Program-made: the position numbers and the translations under genes | Virus record (IMG/VR): IMGVR_UViG_3300021087_000009 | Span: 11,252-75,251 of that record | From: a virus | Strand: one strand, 5' to 3' | DNA length: 64,000 bases | The notes under the pieces: model-generated | The model's input: only the letters and a program-made list of their open reading frames with translations | What the model was told of the DNA's origin: nothing | Database searches by the model: none | Shown: one piece after another, positions 19,522-27,300 of the stretch | How the letters are laid out: each line of letters starts with the position of its first letter | How positions within the stretch are numbered: position 1 is the first letter of the stretch

Positions 19522-19971
19522 TTACAATACTACTTTTTTTTCTTTTATTAATCGTTCTCTATTATTTAAATGTTCTTGTTCAACGTCATCTTTATTCTGG
19601 CCATGATATGCAACTGCATAGCCTTCTAAAATCATAATTTCGGACGCTTTAGTTTGCCTATCTTCCGGCGTATAATGGACTATAAAATCTCCTAAAATAC
19701 GGCCAAACTTTCCTTTAGCATCTTCGCCATCTCTTGCTATTTGGGTTTTTAATATCTGTGCTGATCCAACTGGAAGCATATCTTTTAATCGCTTCTTAGA
19801 TGCTAATCCAAATTTCTTTTCAACTTTGTCACGTGTTCGTGATTCAGGTGTGTCAATGCCCATCATTCGAACTCGTTCTTTATGCATCCATATTCCAAAT
19901 CCTAAATCAATATCAACGTCGACAGTATCACCGTCGATGATTCTTAATATTTTACACTTATATTCGTACAT
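19522..19971 (-). CDS. thermonuclease (SNase) family
   Basis: IDGDTVD, RMMGIDTPE, GKFGRILG. Confidence 0.88.
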   Translation of the reverse strand: MYEYKCKILRIIDGDTVDVDIDLGFGIWMHKERVRMMGIDTPESRTRDKVEKKFGLASKKRLKDMLPVGSAQILKTQIARDGEDAKGKFGRILGDFIVHYTPEDRQTKASEIMILEGYAVAYHGQNKDDVEQEHLNNRERLIKEKKVVL

Positions 19972-20022
19972 GCTAAGTTAACCTTTCGTTTTATAAACTA
20001 CTCAGTTATTTATAGCTATATG

Positions 20023-20475
20023 TCACCATTTTCGTTTTGCATCATTATCCTGTGTAAAGAAGATATTACGAATGTTATGTTGTGCTATAGCTTTCATACA
20101 ACCTTTACAGGGTTTAGCTAGGCCTCTAACCCACTTATTCTTTTTGTCTCGCTTTACTCTCAGAATATATAAGTCGCACTTTGCAAGTTGTTCTTTTGAT
20201 AGTAATTTTAATGCTTTATTAAATGCATCTATCTCAGCATGGAGGAATATCGATTCTTTATTGTTACCATATTCCTCCATAATAGGGTGTGTCTTATAAC
20301 TGTTTGTTCCAACAGTAATAATAGTTTTCTTATAAACAATAGCACAAGCTAATTTAAAACGCCCCTTAAGGCCAGGACTATCGATAGCATGTTGTTCTAG
20401 AATATCAAATATTCGTTGTGTAGGATTACGACGACCTTGTTCTGTAATCACACCAATCGGTAAATTGTGTAGCAT
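20023..20475 (-). CDS. cytidine/dCMP deaminase-like Zn enzyme
   Basis: HAE and PCxxC motifs. Confidence 0.8.
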   Translation of the reverse strand: MLHNLPIGVITEQGRRNPTQRIFDILEQHAIDSPGLKGRFKLACAIVYKKTIITVGTNSYKTHPIMEEYGNNKESIFLHAEIDAFNKALKLLSKEQLAKCDLYILRVKRDKKNKWVRGLAKPCKGCMKAIAQHNIRNIFFTQDNDAKRKW

Positions 20476-20494
20476 GAAGTTCCTTTATGTTACT

Positions 20495-20564
20495 TGGTGG
20501 AGCATGATGGAATCGAACCACCTAATCAAACGTGCGACACTCGATCACTCCCAGATGATGCCCC
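20495..20564 (-). ncRNA. 70-nt alanine-type tRNA-like RNA (tmRNA-TLD mimic or atypical tRNA-Ala(CGC))
   Basis: GGGGCAT/ATGCTCC acceptor stem with G3:U70, ACCA end, GGTGG-TTCGATT-CCATC T-arm, shortened D region. Confidence 0.75.
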
Positions 20565-21157
20565 TATACAAGTTCCCCATCGAAAAGTTCTTGAAACTTG
20601 GCTGATTTTGATAGTAAGTATTTCACTTTTGGATTTTTCTTTTCCATTTTCTTATCTGTCATAGTTGCTAGTTCTTTAAAGCTATCACATCTAAAATTTT
20701 CAAAACTGCAATAGTCATCACGTCCTATATTATATCTTGAACGCATACGTTCTTGTAATCTATCTTTTGTTAGGTATCCTTTTTCAAGTCGATTCTCTCT
20801 ACCAACTTTAGTAACATAAAAATAATCTAGTCTATCAGTTATCTCATTGTAGACTACAATTCTTAAACTTCCAATCTTGTGTTCTATTTTATTAAGAGTA
20901 AATTGTGCATCATGTTTACGTAGTGTACAAGTTTTAGCATCTGACTTATCCTTATCATCAAAGTCATATCCAATTGCATCAACCCATTTATATCCACCTA
21001 CATTTGCCATTGCAAGTTCTACTAAGTGTTCTACATTATATGCATTAGGATAGGCTAAGGCATTTTTTTTATTAGCCTTAGTTGGAAAAAAATCTGGTAG
21101 ATATTGGAATAGTATTTCGTTTAAGATTCTATACTGCTTACCTTTGTTAGTATCCAT
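20564..21157 (-). CDS. hypothetical protein
   Basis: 197 aa, GAGG RBS, own TTGACA-N17-TATAAT promoter (~21198-21226). Confidence 0.65.
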   Translation of the reverse strand: MDTNKGKQYRILNEILFQYLPDFFPTKANKKNALAYPNAYNVEHLVELAMANVGGYKWVDAIGYDFDDKDKSDAKTCTLRKHDAQFTLNKIEHKIGSLRIVVYNEITDRLDYFYVTKVGRENRLEKGYLTKDRLQERMRSRYNIGRDDYCSFENFRCDSFKELATMTDKKMEKKNPKVKYLLSKSAKFQELFDGELV

Positions 21158-21242
21158 TATATCCTCGCCTGATATTATTAAAGTACGTTAGAATACAATT
21201 ATACAACAACAAAGAAGTTGTGTCAAGCATTTTTTTTAAAAA

Positions 21243-21598
<356 letters not shown>

Positions 21599-21602
21599 TG
21601 TT

Positions 21603-21632
21603 ATTTATAACACATATTAATAGTAAGGTCAA
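21603..21632 (-). promoter_or_regulatory. ssrA promoter TTGACC-N17-TATAAATA
   Basis: Sigma70 -35 with a -10 that also matches the T4-like late motif. Confidence 0.7.
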
Positions 21633-21732
21633 TAACCGGTATATTCAAAGAGTTTTGTTAAGATGTTAAATATTATTAGTACATTTAATTTGTACTAGCA
21701 CATTATATTAACAATCAATTTTGGAGATAGCG

Positions 21733-21810
21733 ATGAAATGGAATAAACCACAAATCGCAGAAGTATCAGTTGGCTTAGAAATCAACTGCTATGCTTGTGC
21801 AGAAATATAA
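21733..21810 (+). CDS. pqqA: PQQ precursor peptide MKWNKPQIAEVSVGLEINCYACAEI
   Basis: W.KP...E...G.E-x3-Y PqqA pattern; GGAG RBS; terminator directly downstream. Confidence 0.85.
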   Translation: MKWNKPQIAEVSVGLEINCYACAEI

Positions 21811-21822
21811 ATTAATAAGATT

Positions 21823-21848
21823 GGGTCAAACTTTGTTTGGCCCTTTTT
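21823..21848 (+). terminator. intrinsic terminator
   Basis: GGGTCAAAC-TTT-GTTTGGCCC followed by TTTTT. Confidence 0.8.
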
Positions 21849-22008
21849 AGTTTAAAATTGGTACGCCGTAGATTGCAAGATATATAATTCCTGCCAGAAG
21901 AGTAATATCAGCTATTATACTCCAAAGTATATAAGCCTTAAACATCCAGGGAACTAAAGGTTTCACTTTGTTCAATTTTCCTTTACACCATACTCGCAGG
22001 CTCTTCAT
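21847..22008 (-). CDS. 53-aa membrane protein
   Basis: GGAGG RBS; MKSLRVW...LLAGIIYLAIYGVPILN; absent from the ORF track. Confidence 0.55.
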   Translation of the reverse strand: MKSLRVWCKGKLNKVKPLVPWMFKAYILWSIIADITLLAGIIYLAIYGVPILN

Positions 22009-22144
22009 TTTGAGCCTCCTGTTGGCTTGAGATTGTTACTATATCCATAATATTCTCCAAGTTGTACATCTATTTCCTCCACTATTTATGCCAATGTGGA
22101 TAACTACATGATTAGAAAGGTCATTATGACTATATTTAGGATTT

Positions 22145-22555
22145 ATGGAGAATAATCTATTAATCCACAAACATTTAATTATTCGAGCAGAAGTTAATAA
22201 CCCTCCGACTGACATAACTGTCCTTACACAATGGATGAAGGACTTTATAGTATCTATTAATATGCGAATTATGATGGGTCCGTATGTTGCATATTGTAAT
22301 GAACCTGGTAACAGAGGAATAACAGGAATTGCTGTTATAGAAACCTCACATATTGCTATGCATGTATGGGACGAACCGGCACCAGCTTTAATGCAACTAG
22401 ACGTATATTCGTGTGCTGATTTTGATCCTTACAAAATAGCAGAGAAGATTAAACAAGATTTTAATGTAGTAAAAATTGATTATAAATTTCTAAACAGAGA
22501 AACAGGACTTAAACCGATTAGGTTAAAGAAGGACAATATATCATTAATAAAATAA
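22145..22555 (+). CDS. speD: S-adenosylmethionine decarboxylase proenzyme
   Basis: HLII, GITG.AVIETSHIAMHVW, LDVYSC. Confidence 0.85.
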   Translation: MENNLLIHKHLIIRAEVNNPPTDITVLTQWMKDFIVSINMRIMMGPYVAYCNEPGNRGITGIAVIETSHIAMHVWDEPAPALMQLDVYSCADFDPYKIAEKIKQDFNVVKIDYKFLNRETGLKPIRLKKDNISLIK

Positions 22556-22565
22556 ACGAGGAACA

Positions 22566-22778
22566 ATGGCAGGGTATAAAAGTACAAGAGGTACTAAATC
22601 AGTTAACAATAAAAAATATTATAATGTTACAGACGCAGAAGGTAATGTAACTCCATATGAAGTTAAACCTACAATGTTTGTAAGTTCTAATGGTAAGAAG
22701 AAACTTTGTGGAACAGCTAACGGTGAATTGATAGTCGATTCAGAAGGCACTCCTATACCATTTAGAAGCATTGGTTAA
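22566..22778 (+). CDS. hypothetical protein
   Basis: GAGG RBS, 70 aa. Confidence 0.55.
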   Translation: MAGYKSTRGTKSVNNKKYYNVTDAEGNVTPYEVKPTMFVSSNGKKKLCGTANGELIVDSEGTPIPFRSIG

Positions 22779-22786
22779 TTTAATTA

Positions 22787-23011
22787 TTATCTATTAAAAC
22801 TATCAGGTTGTGATACATTCCCAGCAATCTCACGTCCACGATTATCAACTAGTTCGTATTCTAGCATCATCTTATCGCGGATATTTGTAATGTGAGCTTG
22901 TTCGAATGCAGAGATGTGAATGAAAACGTCCTTGCCGCCATCATCTGGCGTAATAAAACCGTACCCCTTCTTAGCATCAAACCATTTTAGGGTTCCTGTG
23001 ATTCTACTCAT
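22787..23011 (-). CDS. cold-shock protein
   Basis: GTLKWF, KGYGFI, DVFIHIS. Confidence 0.9.
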   Translation of the reverse strand: MSRITGTLKWFDAKKGYGFITPDDGGKDVFIHISAFEQAHITNIRDKMMLEYELVDNRGREIAGNVSQPDSFNR

Positions 23012-23103
23012 ATTTTTTATAATTCCTCGTGTCACGAGGAACTTTCCCTCGTCAGTAATAATTACTGATAATATTTATCAGTTTCTAGTAATTTTTAGAT
23101 GAT

Positions 23104-23313
23104 TTAATTAGACTGTAAATTAACTGCCGCTGGGCCTTTTGCGCCTTCTTGTATGTCAAACGTTAATGCTTGACCTTCAACTAAATTGTTCATACCTGCA
23201 TCTCTTACTGCCGATGTGTGTACGAAAATATCTTTACTTCCATCTTCCGGTGTAATGAATCCGTAACCTTTTACGTCATTAAACCATTTTACTTTTCCGT
23301 TCATTGTACTCAT
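23104..23313 (-). CDS. cold-shock protein
   Basis: GKVKWFN, KGYGFI, DIFVH, KGPAA. Confidence 0.95.
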   Translation of the reverse strand: MSTMNGKVKWFNDVKGYGFITPEDGSKDIFVHTSAVRDAGMNNLVEGQALTFDIQEGAKGPAAVNLQSN

Positions 23314-23409
23314 ATTGTTTCTTTGTTTCCTTTATTGTTTATTGTTACTATACAAACATAGTACAATTCAATACTGTACTATGCTTGTGTATAGTTATTA
23401 TTTATTAGT

Positions 23410-23586
23410 CTATAGTGAATTCTTTCTTTCTTGAATTTCTGCTCTTCGACCCTTAGCTAATTTGCCAAGATTACCTAATGCCTTGCGGGCTCTTGCCGCC
23501 GAGGCTTTTACATTCTTTTCTTCGAATGATGCGTGTTCTTTTAAATACGCTTCGTATTGCTCTACGATTTCTTCATGCTTTGACAT
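23410..23586 (-). CDS. histone H1-like (Hc1 family) protein, 58 aa
   Basis: KASAARARKALGNLGKLAKGRRAEIQ; AAGGAG RBS; absent from the ORF track. Confidence 0.7.
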   Translation of the reverse strand: MSKHEEIVEQYEAYLKEHASFEEKNVKASAARARKALGNLGKLAKGRRAEIQERKNSL

Positions 23587-23687
23587 ATATCCGTCTCCTT
23601 AGTTAAAAATTTATATCGATATGTACTATTATGTATGTTTAAATGCAGGTTCTATTATAAAATGTGGCTTTAAAGTAGTTAAAATGG

Positions 23688-24938
23688 CTAAGATATCTTT
23701 TTTGGACGAAATATTCTAAGCATCATAGTATTATGTGGCGTACCTTTACTATAGTTATATGCACCTTTACCACCTTCCTTCCCTTTAGGGTTATAAGGAC
23801 TTGGTGACGTTCCTGCCCAATTATGGCTAACTGTTCCGCCTGCTGGATTATTTTCTACCAATGTAGTAAGAGCATTAGCATTTTGATTCCCTCCAACAAA
23901 GGACATAAGTTGGGCATCTGAGTCATTACTATAAACAAAATTTACGTGTGAAGATGACCAGTAACACATGTCTCCACATTTTGCCTCTCTAAAATCAGTA
24001 ATTTCTGTTGACTCATATTTTGCTTGTTTTGTTATTAAATGTTTTGCAGTAGCACTTTGTAAATATCGATAGCCTGCCTTCTTTAAAACAAAATTAAGGA
24101 AGCCCATACACCAAGCAGTTTGATCAGTATACCAGTTATTTGCATTTACATATCCAATGTCTTTCCATATTCCTAAAATCTTTTGATTTTGAAATTCGCC
24201 TTCCATGTCAGCAGTTCCATCAGGTTTCTGATAGCGATGCTTATTACTAACAGCACCAAAGTATGGAAGTTTTCTAAGACCAGTTTTATTTTTACTTGTT
24301 TTTGGAGCATCATATACTATACCTTTTTCTAACCATAAGCCTGCTTTAGCTTCTATTAGAAATTGATCTAAAATCCCGTCGAAGGGATGACATAAGTCTT
24401 CATGTGTTTGAGCTGGTTCATTTTCTATTGCAATAGGCTCTACTTCATTTATATCAGGTGTAGGAACATGTTTGACTGTTAGTTCTTCAGCACTAACTGG
24501 ATCTGGAACTTCATGTATAACTTCTGCTGGTTCTAATGGTACTGGTGGTGGATAATGTGCTGGATTAAATGGTTCTCGTATTATAAGTGCCGCCCGTGCT
24601 TCGATTTTTACTATTACAGGTGGCGGAAGAACTACTACAGGATCACTAGTTGGATCACCTGTGCATACGTCTGGAGATCCCCCGTCTGTATCTGGGCCAC
24701 AATGTGGTGGAACAGGACAAAGAGAATCTGCATTTGCTGTATCTGGTGTATGATTTACTGTAAGAATGTTATCAGCATATACTTCATTTGAATGAGCTAT
24801 CAAGGCACCGTCGCCATGTGAATTAGGATCGGCGTCAACTGATACTAGCAAATTATTAGCATAGACATCAGTATTGCCAGCTACAGTTGTTGTCGCCCCA
24901 CAAACACGAGGATCTGTATCTCTGTGTATATCTGCCAT
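23688..24938 (-). CDS. PAAR-like spike protein fused to CHAP/NlpC-like amidase domain
   Basis: N-terminal PAAR-type repeats (CG, H, GSPDV.GD), Pro-rich linker, C-terminal TAWCMGF...HVNF...GGNQ. Confidence 0.7.
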   Translation of the reverse strand: MADIHRDTDPRVCGATTTVAGNTDVYANNLLVSVDADPNSHGDGALIAHSNEVYADNILTVNHTPDTANADSLCPVPPHCGPDTDGGSPDVCTGDPTSDPVVVLPPPVIVKIEARAALIIREPFNPAHYPPPVPLEPAEVIHEVPDPVSAEELTVKHVPTPDINEVEPIAIENEPAQTHEDLCHPFDGILDQFLIEAKAGLWLEKGIVYDAPKTSKNKTGLRKLPYFGAVSNKHRYQKPDGTADMEGEFQNQKILGIWKDIGYVNANNWYTDQTAWCMGFLNFVLKKAGYRYLQSATAKHLITKQAKYESTEITDFREAKCGDMCYWSSSHVNFVYSNDSDAQLMSFVGGNQNANALTTLVENNPAGGTVSHNWAGTSPSPYNPKGKEGGKGAYNYSKGTPHNTMMLRIFRPKKIS

Positions 24939-24950
24939 ACTAGTATTTAT

Positions 24951-25262
24951 TTAAACGATAAGTGACGGCTTTTCTGGTACTACTAATGATGATGTTTGTT
25001 GACGGTATGCATCGGCAAAATCTTCTCTTGTAATTGTAATTAATGTAATTGAGTCGTGTCTAATAGTATAGGATTTACCAACTTCAGCAGTAAACAAGAA
25101 TTGTTGTAATCCAATACCTTTTTCAGTAGCAACTATTGTTAAAGGTGTACTAACTTTAACCATGCTTTCGTTTTCTTCTTCTAACTTACCAACTAGTTCT
25201 TCGCCGGATTTTAGTTTTATAGTAACTACATCATTTACTTTATAATTTGTTTCAATTAGCAC
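24951..25262 (-). CDS. Sm-like fold hypothetical protein
   Basis: TIKLKSGEELVG motif. Confidence 0.6.
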   Translation of the reverse strand: MLIETNYKVNDVVTIKLKSGEELVGKLEEENESMVKVSTPLTIVATEKGIGLQQFLFTAEVGKSYTIRHDSITLITITREDFADAYRQQTSSLVVPEKPSLIV

Positions 25263-25277
25263 ATTTAACCCCTATTG

Positions 25278-25553
25278 TTAGTTATCACGCCACATGTCGT
25301 GATCTTGATAATATTGTTCAAGTTCTTGATACCCGCCTACATACTTACCGTGTAAAATAATTTGTGGTGCAGATTTTGGCCTAGGCATACCATTTAAATC
25401 AAACTCTTCAAATAGTCGTTCAACAGTTATGTCTTTACCGATTATTATTTCAATATAAGGAATCCTAGAATTACTTAGTAAATCTTTAGCTTTAGTACAG
25501 TAAGGACAGTTAGGCTTACTATATATTACATTTGGCAACTTCTCTTGTGACAT
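25278..25553 (-). CDS. glutaredoxin
   Basis: CPYC, APQI, YVGGY. Confidence 0.9.
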   Translation of the reverse strand: MSQEKLPNVIYSKPNCPYCTKAKDLLSNSRIPYIEIIIGKDITVERLFEEFDLNGMPRPKSAPQIILHGKYVGGYQELEQYYQDHDMWRDN

Positions 25554-25752
25554 GATCGTTCTTCTCCGTATATTTGTCCCAAACATTCTTCCATATATGT
25601 TGACAACGGCAACAATTAAATGTTTGTATTACTTTATTATTAACTTCCTCTAAACTAAATCCGCAATTTTTAGAAATATGATTCTCTTCATACTCTTTAC
25701 ATTTTGGACATTCTTGAAACGGTATAATATGGTAATTCCCGTTAAACGCCAT
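25519..25752 (-). CDS. zinc-ribbon protein
   Basis: CPKC and CCRC..W. Confidence 0.55.
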   Translation of the reverse strand: MAFNGNYHIIPFQECPKCKEYEENHISKNCGFSLEEVNNKVIQTFNCCRCQHIWKNVWDKYTEKNDHVTREVAKCNI

Positions 25753-25786
25753 TATCTTCCTTTATGACTAGAGTGTTATTAGATCT

Positions 25787-26161
25787 TTATTCTTTTGGTA
25801 TACTCCATCTTGTACGTATGTCTTTAAAGCTAAGAATGACAATTGCAGAAGCAATAAGAACTATTGAGAATGATTCATAAACTAATGCAGTTGGATCCAT
25901 TTCTTTTCCTTGTAATATTATTTGGCGGGCTAATGCAGTTATGGCAATCAAAAGTGGTAAATGTATGCTTATAGATTGTTCTTGCCAAAAGACTCGAACC
26001 ATAGCTACTACTTCTAAATATAAAAACATTAATAGCAAATCAGCCAAGGATACTGTTTGATGTACAACTATTGATTTTAACTCAATGCCTACAGCTATTA
26101 TAGTACTCGTTAAAATAATACTTAACAAACCTAATTGTAGATACTTTGTAATCTTTTCCAT
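25787..26161 (-). CDS. PsiE-family membrane protein
   Basis: LADLLLMFLYLEV, PLLIAITALARQII. Confidence 0.85.
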   Translation of the reverse strand: MEKITKYLQLGLLSIILTSTIIAVGIELKSIVVHQTVSLADLLLMFLYLEVVAMVRVFWQEQSISIHLPLLIAITALARQIILQGKEMDPTALVYESFSIVLIASAIVILSFKDIRTRWSIPKE

Positions 26162-26167
26162 ATTGTA

Positions 26168-27283
26168 TTATAGTTTAAATCCCTTTAATTTATCTTGTGT
26201 TGCTTCATCTACGTCGTGTTTTATACCACCGATGATATAGCTTTCTATCTCCGTTTCCTGCGGGGCCACTTGTAGTCCCGAACTACTCAACCAATGTTGT
26301 GTCCAGGGTAATGGGTTTGTATTCAGTGGGCGGTCATAAAGCGTTTTATAACCTAACGCTTTTAATCTTCTATTAGCAATATATTCAACGTAAGCATGTA
26401 ATAAGTTTTCATTTAATCCAATAATAGATCCTTGTTGAAATAGATAGTTAGTCCATGCTTTTTCTTCGTCTACACAAGCCTTCCACATTTCATATACTTC
26501 TTCTTCACACTCAGCAACGATACTTTGCATTTCTTTATCGTCTTCACCTTTCATCCAATGTTTAAGTACATGGCTTGTAAGGTTTAAGTGTGTTGCTTCA
26601 TCTCTAGCAATTAAGGAAATAATCTTAGCTGAGCCTTCCATCATTTTTAATTCACCAAATGCAAACGTACATGCAAACGATACATAAAAACGTAGTCCTT
26701 CTAAGATATTAACATTCATCATTGCAAGAAATAGTTTCTTTTTAACTTCACGCATTGTACCTTTTTTATGATGCATAAAATTATCAACAGCAAGTGTAAA
26801 CTCGTCATAGTTTTTTGTAACACTTTCTGCTCTTTTAATAATTTCTTTATCGTCTAAGATCGTATCTAGTATTTCTGTAGGATTAGCATATACATTCTTC
26901 ATAATATGTGTGTATGCTCTACTGTGAATAGATTCAAAAAAGTCCCAAGTAATAATGCACCCTTCTAATTCTGGCAGTGAAACATAAGGCAAGAAAGCTA
27001 ATGCTGGTCCTCTACCTTGTACACTATCTAATAGAGTTTGATACTTTAAGTTACTAGTGAAGATATGTTTTTGTTCTGGTCTAAAGTTTTGAAAGTCTGA
27101 ACGATCTTTTTGTAGACTTACTTCTTCTGGCCTCCAAAAGTATCCAAGCATAGTTTGATTAAGTTTATCAAACTCAGGAAATTTAAATACATCGTACCGT
27201 TGTACATTTTGTGCTTCACCAAAGAACATTGGCTGTTTAGTGAAATCGATTTTTTCTTTATTGAATACAGTTTTAGAAGTCAT
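26168..27283 (-). CDS. nrdB: ribonucleotide reductase class Ia beta subunit
   Basis: FWRPEEV, ESIHSRAY, LEGLRFYVSF, RDEATH, VAPQETE. Confidence 0.97.
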   Translation of the reverse strand: MTSKTVFNKEKIDFTKQPMFFGEAQNVQRYDVFKFPEFDKLNQTMLGYFWRPEEVSLQKDRSDFQNFRPEQKHIFTSNLKYQTLLDSVQGRGPALAFLPYVSLPELEGCIITWDFFESIHSRAYTHIMKNVYANPTEILDTILDDKEIIKRAESVTKNYDEFTLAVDNFMHHKKGTMREVKKKLFLAMMNVNILEGLRFYVSFACTFAFGELKMMEGSAKIISLIARDEATHLNLTSHVLKHWMKGEDDKEMQSIVAECEEEVYEMWKACVDEEKAWTNYLFQQGSIIGLNENLLHAYVEYIANRRLKALGYKTLYDRPLNTNPLPWTQHWLSSSGLQVAPQETEIESYIIGGIKHDVDEATQDKLKGFKL

Positions 27284-27300
27284 TTTATAATCCAGTTAAT

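Noticed and set aside
19519-19545. GAA AAA AAA run at the end of the nuclease gene, with the -1 frame entering the SET ORF
   Set aside because: Only about 5 codons need to be open, so chance is likely; ordinary translational coupling explains the layout
23030-23068. CTGACGA resembling a hammerhead core
   Set aside because: No GAAA after stem II and no stems I/III
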